From positions 32,178,001 to 32,242,000 of the forward strand of contig NC_042997.1 of NCBI RefSeq assembly GCF_006345805.1: 64,000 nucleotides of DNA. The letters run 5' to 3'. Made by a program: the position numbers and the translations under genes. This document shows, one piece after another, positions 51,798 to 64,000 of the stretch. The DNA comes from Octopus sinensis (Eukaryota). The notes below the pieces were generated by a model, which saw only the letters and a list, made by a program, of their open reading frames with translations, had not been told where the DNA came from and made no database searches. Each line of letters opens with the position of its first letter. Position 1 is the stretch's first letter.

Positions 51798-52019
51798 CAT
51801 ATTAATAGGTATATAATGATGAGCTTCTATCAGTTTCTGTCAACCAAATTCATTCACAAAACTTTGGTTGGCATGTTGTAGGACTGAACCCGAAACCACC
51901 TAGTTGAAAAGTGAGCTTTTTAGCCACTCAGCTATGCTAGCGTCTTGAAACAGTTCTGAGTTCAAATCCAGTCTGGAACATTACATATATTCAACAGATT
52001 CAAACATCGAATGAATTTC

Positions 52020-52226
52020 TTTCTATTATAGGCATAAGGCCTGGTATTTTGGGAGAGGGAGCTAGTCATTTACATGGACCCCAGTGCTCAGCTGGTCCTT
52101 AGTTCGTCAACCCTGAAAATAATGAAAGGCAAAGACAACCTCGATGGAACTCAAACTCAGTAAAGCCAGAAGATATGCCACTAAGCGTTTTGTCTGGCAT
52201 GCTCACAATTCTGCCAACTCCTCACC
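52020..52226 (-). mobile_element. SINE family B variant, old
   Basis: Reverse match to the B-variant tail and head. Confidence 0.7.
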
Positions 52227-52303
52227 TTCAAGCATTAAGCATGAACACACATGTTGATGACACAAAAAGACTGTATGAGAATTCCAATGATTCTTATTTT
52301 AAT

Positions 52304-52703
52304 ACTAGCAGTATCGCCCGGCGTTGCTCGGGTTTGTAAGGGAAATAACTATATAAGCATTTTTAGAGAGTTATAGCCAAAAAATAGCAAAAAAATGCAT
52401 TAAAAATGGAAAAGAAATGATGGTAAATTTCTTTAAAAATCGTTGACTCATCGTAGACCGTTTTAGAGAGTTACTTCCCTTATATAATAGCGAAAAAATG
52501 CATTAAAATGGAAAAAAGTGATGGTAATTTTTTTTTTAAATCGTAGACTCATCGTAGACGCGCGCTAATACCCAGAAGGGCTCGATATGAATCACGACTA
52601 TAAGATACCCGGTTTTGGTTAAACTGCACCGCAAAATGTGGGAGTAGTTAGGAATCTAAATCGTAGGAGACAGACACACAACTTCACTTTTATATATAAA
52701 GAT
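52304..52703. mobile_element. Non-autonomous Helitron/Helentron-like element
   Basis: ACTAGC start, subterminal hairpin CCCGGCGTTGCTCGGG, end TTTTATATATAAAGAT, internal ~115-bp diverged duplication; no TIR or TSD. Confidence 0.5.
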
Positions 52704-53158
52704 GTCGTTGATTACCCAATTATTACAATTACATATAACTCTATAGCAGCAATTTGTGTCATTGCTATTGCTTGCCAGTGATTTTGCTGGTGGCGGTGAA
52801 ACTCTGAGTTCAATAACTCAGTTCATAGTTTCTTTTCAAAAAGTTTCAGCTTTAATCGCCACTGGCACCACCATTTAAGCATAATTACTCCTACAGTAAT
52901 AAAGTAATCTACAATAAAGGAAAATCATTTCTGTCATTATAGAAAATTCATAATAATAAAATTCTGCAATGGTCTACATGTGTAACGCTTATCTGCAGAA
53001 CAACATCAGAGGCAATCTGTTGTAGACACATTTATTCATAAGACAATTGACTGATAAACTTTGAAATTGAATTGTAAACATAATATACTGTGGACACATC
53101 ATTTATATTAGGTATATTATTTGTAAGACTAAGATTCACAGATATTTTAAATTGTGTT

Positions 53159-53192
<34 letters not shown>

Positions 53193-53299
53193 ACACACAC
53201 ACTTTAATGTTTCACTTAGGCATTGCGATACTAATAACCTGTTGTTTGAACTCAATTTACATACGCTCCAGAATGAAGTGTCAGTCGAGTGCAAAGTGA

Positions 53300-53623
53300 T
53301 AAGAAATTGGGATGACAAAGGAATGAACAATTATGCTATGAACTTCATTGGTTTACAACTGTTTCTGCTCTAAGGTGCAATGTACTCATAGTTGAGTACT
53401 TGAGTATCACCCAATAGCTTCAACAGAGCTTCAAACATGAAGTGTAATTTATTTGGGAAAGCATTTACACTTACATGTTTTCCCAAAAAATTGCACTTCA
53501 TGTCTGAAGCTCTGACGAAGCTATAGGGTGATTCTCATACATTCAACTATGAATGTATCACACCTTATAAGCTAATGAAGTTTATAATGTAATTGCTTAT
53601 TCCTTTGTCATCCCAATTCCTTA
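53300..53623. repeat. Long imperfect inverted repeat (foldback)
   Basis: Arms 53300-53464 and 53475-53623 with a 10-nt spacer. Confidence 0.9.
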
Positions 53624-53670
53624 CATTAGGTATGTATGTATATATATATATATATGTATGTATATATATA

Positions 53671-53853
53671 AAGTTCATCCAAACATGAAAACACAAAGAG
53701 AAAACACAACAACGTGAGGACATGGAACAAGTATAGTGTTATTGATGCTCAGAAAAGGAAACAAAGAAGGAGGATTTAACGTTTCGAGTGGAGCTCTTTG
53801 TCAGAAACATAGAAAAAGGAAAGATCCAAGGAAGGGAAGACGGAGGAAAAAAT
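53671..53853 (-). mobile_element. Second hammerhead-motif element, adjoining (TA)n
   Basis: Reverse complement GTTT-CTGACAA-A-GAGC-TCC-ACTC-GAAAC-GTT-AAAT at ~53775-53808. Confidence 0.7.
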
Positions 53854-54069
53854 AAATCAGTGAGATTTTATTTTGTTTTTTAAAAGCCACATCTCAGTTG
53901 GGCAGCTATTAAACTTTGTTCCCTAGAACTGTGGTTCCAAGTCCAGCAACATGTGCTTTTTACTGATTTGAAAGCAACCATGTAGTACATTGTATTAGTA
54001 TCTGTTAAAAGATTACTATTATGAATTGATTATCTCTTTGATATTTATTCCAGTGTTTAGATCACTTAA

Positions 54070-54281
54070 CCTTTTAGCATTCAGATTACTCTGTCAGGTG
54101 TAATGCTTATTTACTTGCATTATTTTGAATTAATCATGCATTATCTTGTAGATTTAAAATTTCAGTGATGTGATTTTTTTTCTTTTAGAATGACATAGGG
54201 TAGGTGTGAGGGGCTGAATCTGGTTAGTTTGACCACAAAACAATATTCTGACCAGATATGGCCAGTTTAAATGCTAAAGGG
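54070..54281. mobile_element. MITE1
   Basis: TTAA|CCTTTTAGCATT...AATGCTAAAGGG. Confidence 0.82.
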
Positions 54282-55694
54282 TTTAAGCATTTTTTTTACA
54301 TTCTTTCAACATGTTTTCTATCATGTTAATAATACAATTACAAAAGAAGTGATCCAGTATTTTCTTCATTGAAAAATTGCATCTTCTTTGAAGAGCATGT
54401 TTTCTAAGAATAGACAACTTTTAAAGTAAAAGTGGCTAGTATGTGAAAAAGAATATATTTTTCAAAGATATTTCTCTGAAAGTTCCACCTTCTGTACTAC
54501 CTACATTGAACTTTTACCTTATCTTACGTAAGAATCAAACACTTCAGAAAAAATAGAATTTTTATTGAAATTATGTATTTCATGGTTCTTTATAAACTTT
54601 CAACAATTTTATAGTTTCCAAAATAACTGTGGAATTTTCATCTGTGGAATTTTCATCTGTGTATTGCTGGTATTCAGAACTGAAAATTATATTTTACTTG
54701 CTCCTTTCATTTGAACCAATAACTGTATATCGAAATTCCAATTATCATAATTATTCCAAACAACTTGTATCATTAAGTGGCATGAAGTTGTGATAGTGTT
54801 AGCATTACACAAGCAGATGTTACTGCCTGGATGACTTACCTAATTCAGTTTTGTTTGTCAATGGAAACCTTCATCAGAGACTTTAGCCCTTGTTGTAATA
54901 GCCTGGCTCTTGAGACACAAAGAGTCAGTATCTCATCAAGCCTTTTCTATCCATAACTGACCTTTATGAGAAATTTCTTGTGACATTAATCCAAGCATAG
55001 TTCAATGTTTCATGATGGCACACATGACAGACATGAAAGAAAACAGAGAGTCATATGCAAGCTGTAAGTTTGTTATTACAATTGTTGCTCTTGTTAATTA
55101 ATCATTGCCAGTTCTGCTTGCTAACCAAAGTATAAAGGTATCTTATCAATAATTTAGTACAACTAGTAATGATTTATTCAAATAAGTCAAAAAGGAACTT
55201 TTAGTGGTGTATAATTGAATGGCTTTTCCTGCCATTATGTTAATGGCACATCACTCCATTCATTCATGTGGAAGAATGTATGATGTAGTTGACACTTGGT
55301 GACTCAGGTTAAAATGCATGACTCTCAGTGGCTCCCTTTATCAAGTTATAAATTAGTACCATAAGCGGGCTTAGTTCACTGGAAGCAGTTTTGACCATAT
55401 ACAGCTGTTTCACTAAAAAGCAGCACTTAGTTCAGATTTACCTGTGGTGCATAATAGCTATGTGAGTAATGGGTTTTTGTCATCCAGACTTGGACTTACT
55501 GACTATATTATACCAAGACTGAAGTCTTTAATGGTGTCTCAAAGACCCAGTAAAATGCAGATGAACAACCTTTTGACTTGTGACAACGAAAAGAGATTCA
55601 GAGGGTTGCAATAAATACTAGTTTATAATGATCTTCATCTTCTTAAATATATTTGAAGTGGACTTTCCCACTGCAGACAATAGAGAAGGGTTAC

Positions 55695-56078
55695 AGGCAC
55701 AGGAGTGGCTGTGAGGTAAGTAGCTTGCTAACCAACCACATGATTCCGGGTTCAGTCCCACTGCGTGGCATCTTGGGCAAGTGTCTTCTGCTATAGCCCT
55801 GGGCCGACCAATGCCTTGTGAGTGGATTTGGTAGACGGAAACTGAAAGAAGCCTGTCGTATATATGTATATATGTATGTATGTGTGTTTGTCCCCCTAGC
55901 ATTGCTTGACAACCGATGCCGGTGTGTTTACGTCCCCGTCACTTAGCGGTTCGGCAAAAGAGACCGATAGAATAAGTACTGGGCTTACAAAGAATAAGAC
56001 CCGGGGTCGATTTGCTCGACTAAAGGCGGTGCTCCAACATGGCCGCAGTCAAATGACTGAAACAAGTAAAAGAGTAAA
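55695..56078 (+). mobile_element. Young full-length SINE family C
   Basis: Near-identical to the 47800 copy. Confidence 0.93.
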
Positions 56079-57429
56079 CAACCTGAAGGTAATTTGTTTA
56101 TAATGATCAAATGTTTGTGCTGTACATTAGCTCTCTCCCTCCATCAAATTGACATTATCTGTACAGGTCCATAATGTGTCACATGTCAGACATTGAAGTG
56201 ATTGCAGAGCAGTGTGAGATAGAAGTGTTTTGCTCAAGAACACAAATGCACCATCTTGTCCAGGTATCGAAATCACAATCTAGTGATCATAGGTGCAATA
56301 CCCTTACCACTAATTCATGTGTCCTCATAAAATTATATTTGAAGTAATGAGCAGTTAGTAATTAGATGGGAAAGAGATGTCATCTTTTTGTGATGCAGTG
56401 TGTGTGTGTGTGTTAAAGGTTTTTGATTGAGAGTTTGTGAATTCATCTCTCTCTCTCATATTTATTTACTGAGACTGGAGGAAGGAGCAGTGCCTGTAGC
56501 CTTTACAACTTCTCCCCTATTACACTGACCAATGAGATTGATGCTTTTAATGTTCTGTTAGAACATTTAGTCAGTACATGCAAGAAAGACATTTGGGAAT
56601 TTCAGAGGACTGTTATGAAGGACTGGGTTTAGTAATTAGTGTAGGGTCTGGGAGGTTTTGTGTGTGTGTGTGTAGGGGGGCAGCATTGGGGGCAAAAAAG
56701 TGTTTTATCCTAAGTCATTATGCCATCATTGTCATCTTCACTTTAGCGTCCTTTTTTTCCCCTTTTCTTTTCACTGGGTTCATTAGTAGGACATACTGCT
56801 ATTTCTGTTGATTCTGTGCCATCATTTCTGTGCGAGAGCTGAGTTCACTAGCTTTACTTTTGTCTTTCAAATTGCTCTTTTGTACCTTCAGTTATCAGCA
56901 AATACACACTCTCTCTCCCCCCTCTCCCCCACCCTCTCTCTCTCTCCCTCTCTTTCTCCAAAAACCAGTATCTAAAATGATAAATGTGCATATAAAGAAT
57001 AACTAAATATGCATTCGCATGCTAAATTTTTTTCCTTGGTTTTAATATCTTCAATTATGATTGCTTCAATAATCAAAAGTAAGGCAGAAAATTTATGTAG
57101 GTTTAAATTGACTTATTGCAATGTTTTAGTTTGCATTTTTGGTTAAATTACCTTTTCCTCATTTTCAAATATTCATCTCGCAGATGCATGATTGGATTAA
57201 AAATAAAAGTTCTTATATTAAGATATGATTATTTTTATATCGATTTCTTGTAATACTAAATACATAAGAGATTAAACCTACGAGGTTAAAATAAATAATT
57301 AATTGGAATCATAAAGAGATAATTAAACTGAATTTTCCTCTGTTCATTCTATTACAATGGCAACTTTTGTCTACTTATGAGTGGGACAGCTATTTCCGTG
57401 ACTGAAAATCAATAATGACAAGCCTTGTG

Positions 57430-57555
57430 AATGCGTGTGGCCCAGTGGTTAGGGTGTTGCTTTCATGATTGCCAGATCAGAGGTTTGATTCCTAGACATG
57501 GCAGCATGTTGTGTTCTTGAGAAAAACACTTCATTTCGCATAGCTCTAGTGCTGT
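57430..57555 (+). mobile_element. E-type SINE head, old
   Basis: TGGCCCAGTGGTTAGGG A box; TTGTGTTCTTGAG.AAAACACTTCATTTC. Confidence 0.7.
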
Positions 57556-60500
57556 GTGGGGACCAACATGTCAAAGAATAGGCCCAACATTTCTTCTGTG
57601 TGTTGTAAAAGGTGACTCAAAAAGGTTGCGGTAGGATTTGTACTCCAACCTCTTAAAATCTTCACCAGCAACAATTACCTAAACAGGTCCATGGCTTGGA
57701 GGGTTGTCACCTGAGTGGTGCAAAGGTATCAGTCATCCACCAGGAGTAGAGAATCACCAACAAATGGTGTATGCAGTGATGCTCTGTTACAGCACATACC
57801 CCACACTACTACTACTACTAACTCTGGAAGATGCCACCTGGAAACTATACTACTTACTATACAAGCAAGATAGAAATTGCTACAGTCATAGTTTACCAAA
57901 TATTGTAGATACTAGGTGTAAGATAGGATTATTTTATAGAAGGAAAACGGTATCTCCTTTGTTAATGCTTGCCTTCTTCTGTATTGGTCCAAAATCTTAA
58001 ATGTATCAGTATTCAAAATTTGATGTATCGTATGTACACCTGATCATTTACTTTTATACTTCTTATAAACATGTGCTTGAGTATTATGTATACTTTATGT
58101 GCTAATTAAGTGACTTTTTATTTCTCACCATGCTCGTTAAAATAGATTGGCCATGATAGGCATGAGATTTATCTTGTGCACTTATTAATCTGTATTGCTT
58201 GTCGCAGAAGTATTTATTTATACAGGGAATGAAATACCTCTGGTGAATGTTTTGAGACTAGAAGCAAGGTAGTAGTTATCTGTAGTGAGCTTGAGAATCT
58301 TAACAGCCTTCGGAATCTGATGAGTTTATGTAGCAAGCACAATATAAACAATGTATTCAAGTTTATATCTCTGTTTTTAGTGAAGACAGTGAGAAGGAAT
58401 TTGTGTGAATGAACACGTATGTGTGTGTGTGTGTGTACATAGACACATACACACATACTTCAGCTCTATGACAGCGGTGTTCAGTCTGACTAATTTGATA
58501 CATCATGAATTTTGTTTTAATTTTCTTAACTCTTAACCCTTTGCTGGTTCACAACATGGTGTCTTGTTTACTTCCTAGGGAACAGGGAAAATAAATACAG
58601 TGAATTTGGTGAGGGAATACATGCTTAATAACAGCTTGCATTTCAGTCAAATAGTCTTTAAAAAAAGAAGTACAGGCCTTACCCTAAATACTTGAAACAT
58701 TTTTTTATCAAAATAAACTGAACAGATGGTTAAAAAATTTCATCACTTAAAGATGACAGAATTGGTGGAGTATTAGACTAAAATATCTCATAGTACTTGG
58801 TTATATCTTTTTACATTCCAAGTTCAGATCCCAGTTTGTCCACTTTGCCTTTCATTCTCCCAAAGTCAACACAAGTACTGTTCACTGAAATCAGTAAAAA
58901 AAATGTCAAATTGTATATGTGTTTATGTATCAAAGTACCGTAGCAAAGTGGGCAAGGTATTAAATCATGTACTTGTAGACGATGAGTTTAACGCCACTGA
59001 AAGTATTCAGTTATGTCATTTCAGTTCACTGAGCTGTCAGGAATAGGTAGCAGATTTTCTGGCAAAAGGTCAACGGTGCTGAATATACATGATAAAATAT
59101 GCCCCATATCAGGAACAAGAACTAACTGATTCTGTTTGTTGAATGAGTGCCTAGATGTAAATGGAGAAATATAAGTGTTAATACAGAAATAGCAATATAC
59201 ATACAGTCAGTGGCGCTTTCTGTAAGTAGTGGACCTAACTCTATGGGAGCTGTTGTGGGAAATAATGGCAACTAAATGCATTTTAGAGTTTTGGGGGAAT
59301 TATTCTCCAGGTGTGTTTTTGTTACATATAGTGTTTTATTTAACTGTTTAATTTGATTTCTTGCATGGTGATTGGTGTTTGTTGTTTGCTTGGCACAGAT
59401 AGGCCTGCTTGACTAGATTCAGCTAGTTTTCTCTAGTAAGTCAGATCTGGTTATGCAAGCCTATAGTATGGTAAGATATGCAGTTAAATTTGCCCTGCTG
59501 TGACACTGTTCACACATGCCAGATATAACCCAATTATCTATCTTGCCACAACTTACACAAAATAGAGAGAGAGAGAGGCATAAATAGAAAAGGCAGAGAA
59601 ATGAAATCAACCTTAGCAGAGATTTAAGTCACCACATAAACTCATCAATTGTTTAGTGTTGACCTCATGCTTAATCATCAAGTTTTGTCTTCTTCTCTGT
59701 ATAGTATTACTAAAATAAAACTGAAAATGCTACTTAAAAAAAAGGTACAATATTTTGAATTTTTAAGCTTAAAAAACTGACTACTTTCTTTCATTTAGAG
59801 ATCATTGTTTTTTTTTTTCCATAGGTTTCTCCTATGAAATATTTTTTAGTTTTAAAATGTAAAGCAGAATTAAGAAATAGTTTAATTAAAACAAAAATGA
59901 ACTAAGGAAAATGATTCAAGTGGACCAAGCTAAGGTGTTATGTAAGGAATAACCTATGCAAAGAGATTCTAAATTTATTGAATTTTCCCTCTTAGTTGGA
60001 GAATGAAAACAAGCACTTAGTGAACACTAACAACTCTTGAAGAAAAGAGGAAATAATTTATGTTTAGGAAGGGAACTCATCTTTGTTAATAGTCAAAGTG
60101 ATAACTATGGGCTTGTTTTATCACTTAATGAGCATCTGGTTGTGGTTTTGTGCAGGCTAGTCCTGACTGATTAAACCAAATCAAAGGTATTTCAGCTATA
60201 ATTTTCTCATCTTTTTCTTGGGTATTGTATATCTAAAACTACTCTGATCAATGTGTCTTCTCCTTTCGCAAACCACTGGATGTAATTTTGGAAGATTTTG
60301 CAGCTATTTCTAACAGGATAATAAGGGACTCTGTACTAATTACCCTTGCTGACTCACTAGTGTCCTCTGTTGCATCTATACCTATGATCTGTTAATTACT
60401 TGTACATCTATAACACAGAAACTTGGTGAACATTTAACAAACAAGAGCCACTAGAAGGTTGAGCAGTTTTCTATAGTCGGCTATTTCAATTTGTGTTGTG

Positions 60501-60824
60501 TCTGGTGGGGGATCTTCCCATCAAATGGGAGTAGAAACTATTATTATTAATCTAAACACCAGTATTACCCAAATGCTTACATCACTTCTGTACTCACTAT
60601 TATTTTTGCTCCTATTGTTGCTATTACTGTTGTTATTGCGATGGTGGTAATATTATTACCAAGCTTTTAGTGAGTTTGTGATTTAATTATGCCAAGAATT
60701 TCTAAATGCACTTCAATTATATTTTCCTAGGATGGAATCATCTCTAATGTAAACTAAATAAAACACATTTACGTTTCCAACTGTGTATGTGTCTTCAATA
60801 ATTACCTGCTGGAAACTTTTTGAT

Positions 60825-61182
60825 GTACATGTGTGCGTGCATGCATGCATGTGTATGTGTGTGTGTGTGTGTGTGTGTAAATGTGTGTATGTTTGTGTAT
60901 ATATACGTTTATATAAGTGTATATATGTGTGTGTATACATGTGTGTGTGTATACATGTGTGTCTGCATGTATGTATGTGTGTGTCTTCATGTATGTATGT
61001 ATGTATGTATGTATGTATGTATGTCTTCATGTATGTGTATGTCTGCATGTGTGTGTATGTGTGTGTGTGTGTGTGTGTCTGTATGTATGTGTTTGTATGT
61101 ATGTATATATATATAAATATATACACACATGTACATATTTGTATGTGTCTTGTACGCATGTCTGTACACACACACACACACA
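60825..61182. repeat. Compound (TG)n/(TATG)n microsatellite
   Basis: Direct inspection. Confidence 0.95.
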
Positions 61183-61824
61183 GAGTTATACTTTGATTAC
61201 TATGGGCAATGCGTGTTACTAAGAAGACTACAGTATTTCACTGCAATATTTGAAAATGTAAATACATATAAAATTGCTGACTGGTACCTGAACTTTGAAA
61301 AAACATTTTAAAATTCAAAAATAGCCTCGGGAAATATGCATATGAAAATCAATATAATAAAGGAGTTATATGGATTGGATGCTGTTTTATGAGTTTATTA
61401 ACATGCATCAGTATACACAAAAATACACATTTTTGGGGGTGATTTTAAATATTTTAAAAGTAATGTTTATTTCAGTTTTTCTTTATTCATTTTTTTGTGT
61501 ACGATCTCCTGTCATCTGAGTGCATTTCCACTTCCATGGATTTGTCTTATATTTACATCTAGGAACAGGCATGTGGCAATGTGGTTAAGAAGTTTGCTTC
61601 CTAACCGCATGATTTCAGGTTCAGTCCCACTGTGTGGAATCGAGAGGAAGTGTTTTTCTGCTATAAACCCAGACTGATCAAAGCCTCGTGAGTGAATTTG
61701 GTAGATGGAAACTAATAAAAGCTAGTTGTGTGTATGTGTGTGTTTGTATTTCCATGTCTTGACAATTTGTATTTGCTGTGAATAAATGTCATTCATTTCC
61801 AATATTCTCTGAAGATATGTCTAA

Positions 61825-62234
61825 CAGGAGTGGCTGTGTGGTAAGTAGCTTGTTTACCAACCACATGGTCCCGGGTTCAGTCCCACTGCGAGGCACCTTG
61901 GGTAAGTGTCTTCTACTATAGCCTCGGGCCGACCAAAGCCTTGTGAGTGGATTTGGTAGACGGAAACTGAAAGAAGCCCGTCGTATATATGTATATATAT
62001 ATATAGGTATATATGTGTGTGTGTGTTTGTGTGTCTGTGTTTGTCCCCCTAGCATTGCTTGACAACTGATGCTGGTGTGTTTATGTCCCCGTTACGGTTC
62101 AGCAAAAGAGACTGATAGAATAAGTACTGGGCTTACAAAAGAATAAGTCACGGGGTCGAGTTGTTCGATTAAAGGCGGTGCTCCAGCATGGCTGCAGTCA
62201 AATGACTGAAACAAGTAAAAGAGTAAAGAGAGAG
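61825..62234 (+). mobile_element. Young C SINE nested in an old F SINE (~61565-62310)
   Basis: F body ATGTCT|...|CCGTAGGAAATATTAC resumes after the C tail. Confidence 0.85.
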
Positions 62235-62636
62235 TAACCGTAGGAAATATTACTTTGCTTGGAAACTGGTAAGGATTGGTGGCAATAAATTCTGTCTGGC
62301 ACATTGCTGTTTTGAATTCAAAATGTCTTAATTGTTAAAGTCTACATCAAGCGGACCAAGCAAATTTCTGACATTTAATTCTAGACATTCCCAGATGTAA
62401 ACAAAATTCACCAATTTTTCTCTATGGCTCATGTAAGTTCACCATTGCTCTAAACTCCACTTTTCTGTACTCGTATGTGTCAAATGAAATTCACCGAGGC
62501 AGATTTTCTAAGGCTAAATGCCCTTCCTCTCACCTAACCTCACCTGTTCCCAATATTTCCCCATGACCAGACATGTTTACGTGGAAGATTGGAAATGGAC
62601 ATGATGTTGAAGCTTGTTTACAATTATCATGTGCGG

Positions 62637-62823
62637 GTGGCACGTAAAAAGCACCCACTACACTCACGGAGTGGTTGGCGTTAGGAAGGGCATCCAGCCG
62701 TAGAAACACTGCCAGATTTGACTGGGCCTGATGAAGCCTTCTGGCTTCACAGACCCCAGTAGAACCGTCCAACCCATGCTAGCATGGAAAACGGACGCTA
62801 AACGATGATGATGATGATGATGA
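62637..62823 (+). mobile_element. Young D insert nested in a minus-strand F SINE (~62480-62950)
   Basis: D body and (GAT)n tail between the F body and the F (CA)n/head. Confidence 0.85.
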
Positions 62824-62840
62824 GGAAGAAAAGGATGCAC

Positions 62841-62887
<47 letters not shown>

Positions 62888-63143
62888 TGGCTTCTTTTAA
62901 TTTCAGTCTGCCAAATCCTCTCACAAGGCTATCGTCAAACTGACGCTGTGGTAGAAATTGTTTGCTGCAGTTGCAATTTGTATTTATTCATCAAATAAGC
63001 TTTGTTAGGCATTCATTTCAAAACCACTTTATTTCGGCTACATTTGTAATTTGTTCACCACGTAACTACTGTCTTCCATAACCTTTTTCAGTGTAACAGG
63101 ATTACTGACTGGCTGCTGCACTATTCTCTGCAATTGTATTTTT

Positions 63144-63628
63144 CAGGGCTGTGGAGTCGAAACAAAAGACTTTGACTCCAACTCCTCTACTATTGGCACC
63201 TCCGACTCTTTATGCCATTAACCCTTTCATTACTGTATTTATTTTGAGATGGTCTGTCTTTCTTTCAATTAATTTTAAATATAGCAAATAATTTAGTAAA
63301 ATAACTTAGTTATCATTAAGCTAGTGTTAGAAACATAAATTATGACTAAGGTTTAATGGAAGATTTTAATTTAAAACTTATGAAAACAAGACATTTGTAC
63401 TATAGAGTCAGAGCCGGTTTCAGCCGGGTTGGTATCGAAAGGGTTAAGTGATTGTGGTCTACGTAACTCATAAAGCATATGCATACGCTTGTACTTTGAG
63501 TAGGCCTATATATTATAACTGGTTTATATATAAAGTATAAAGATATTGCGAGTCAGAGTCAGTATAGTTTCACTGACTCCAACTACCCCTTAATTGTTTC
63601 TGACTCCCACTCCGACTCCACAGCCCTG
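63144..63628. mobile_element. hAT-type MITE with nested MITE2 (63222-63443)
   Basis: 16-bp perfect TIR CAGGGCTGTGGAGTCG; 8-bp TSD GTATTTTT/GTATTTTC; inner TTAA|CCCTTTC...GAAAGGG|TTAA. Confidence 0.9.
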
Positions 63629-63893
63629 GTATTTTCCCCATATGACTTTAGGATATTCCAGATAGTCCTTTTAAAGTTGTTACACTATCCAAAAAGTGTT
63701 TCATTAGTTTACTCTTTAGTTCCATTTTCTTTGGACTTCTGCAACTAGTTAAATGTCTTGTATACCATAGTAAATAAAATTCTTACATTTAGTTTTTGAA
63801 TTTTTACGGCAAACTATCAAATATGTTTTTTTTTTAAAAAAAGATAGAGACCCACAGTATCTGAACATATCATAAGCAAGAGTATAGAATATT

Positions 63894-63925
<32 letters not shown>

Positions 63926-63945
63926 ACACACACACACACACACAC

Positions 63946-63992
<47 letters not shown>

Positions 63993-64000
63993 TGAAGATA

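Noticed and set aside
54855-54885. Minus-strand CTGATGA motif as a possible hammerhead
   Set aside because: No stem II and no properly placed GAAA.

Overview
AT-rich, repeat-dense eukaryotic DNA that reads as intronic or intergenic. The SINE families, RTE-type (GAT)n tails and (TA)n/(TG)n microsatellites resemble an octopus/coleoid cephalopod genome; this is inferred from repeat recognition, with no database search. I could not identify a host protein-coding gene. Only isolated candidate exons were found, and nearly all listed ORFs are microsatellite or transposon artefacts. Supported content: one tRNA-Ala(TGC) inside a TSD-flanked retro-like unit; several tRNA-derived SINE families (working labels A, B, C, E, F) plus non-LTR 3'-end fragments (label D); decayed RTE, CR1, Jockey/CR1-group and Penelope-like LINE fragments; a mariner remnant; TTAA-flanked piggyBac-like MITEs; two hAT-type MITEs; a Helitron-like element; a ~3.9-kb tandem duplication and a 433-bp tandem duplication. 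The most interesting signals are the tRNA-terminator-SINE-tail unit with a 13-bp TSD, two (TA)n-associated elements carrying a degenerate Penelope-type minimal hammerhead ribozyme motif, and a ~325-bp foldback. All alignments and translations were done by eye, so most boundaries are approximate.
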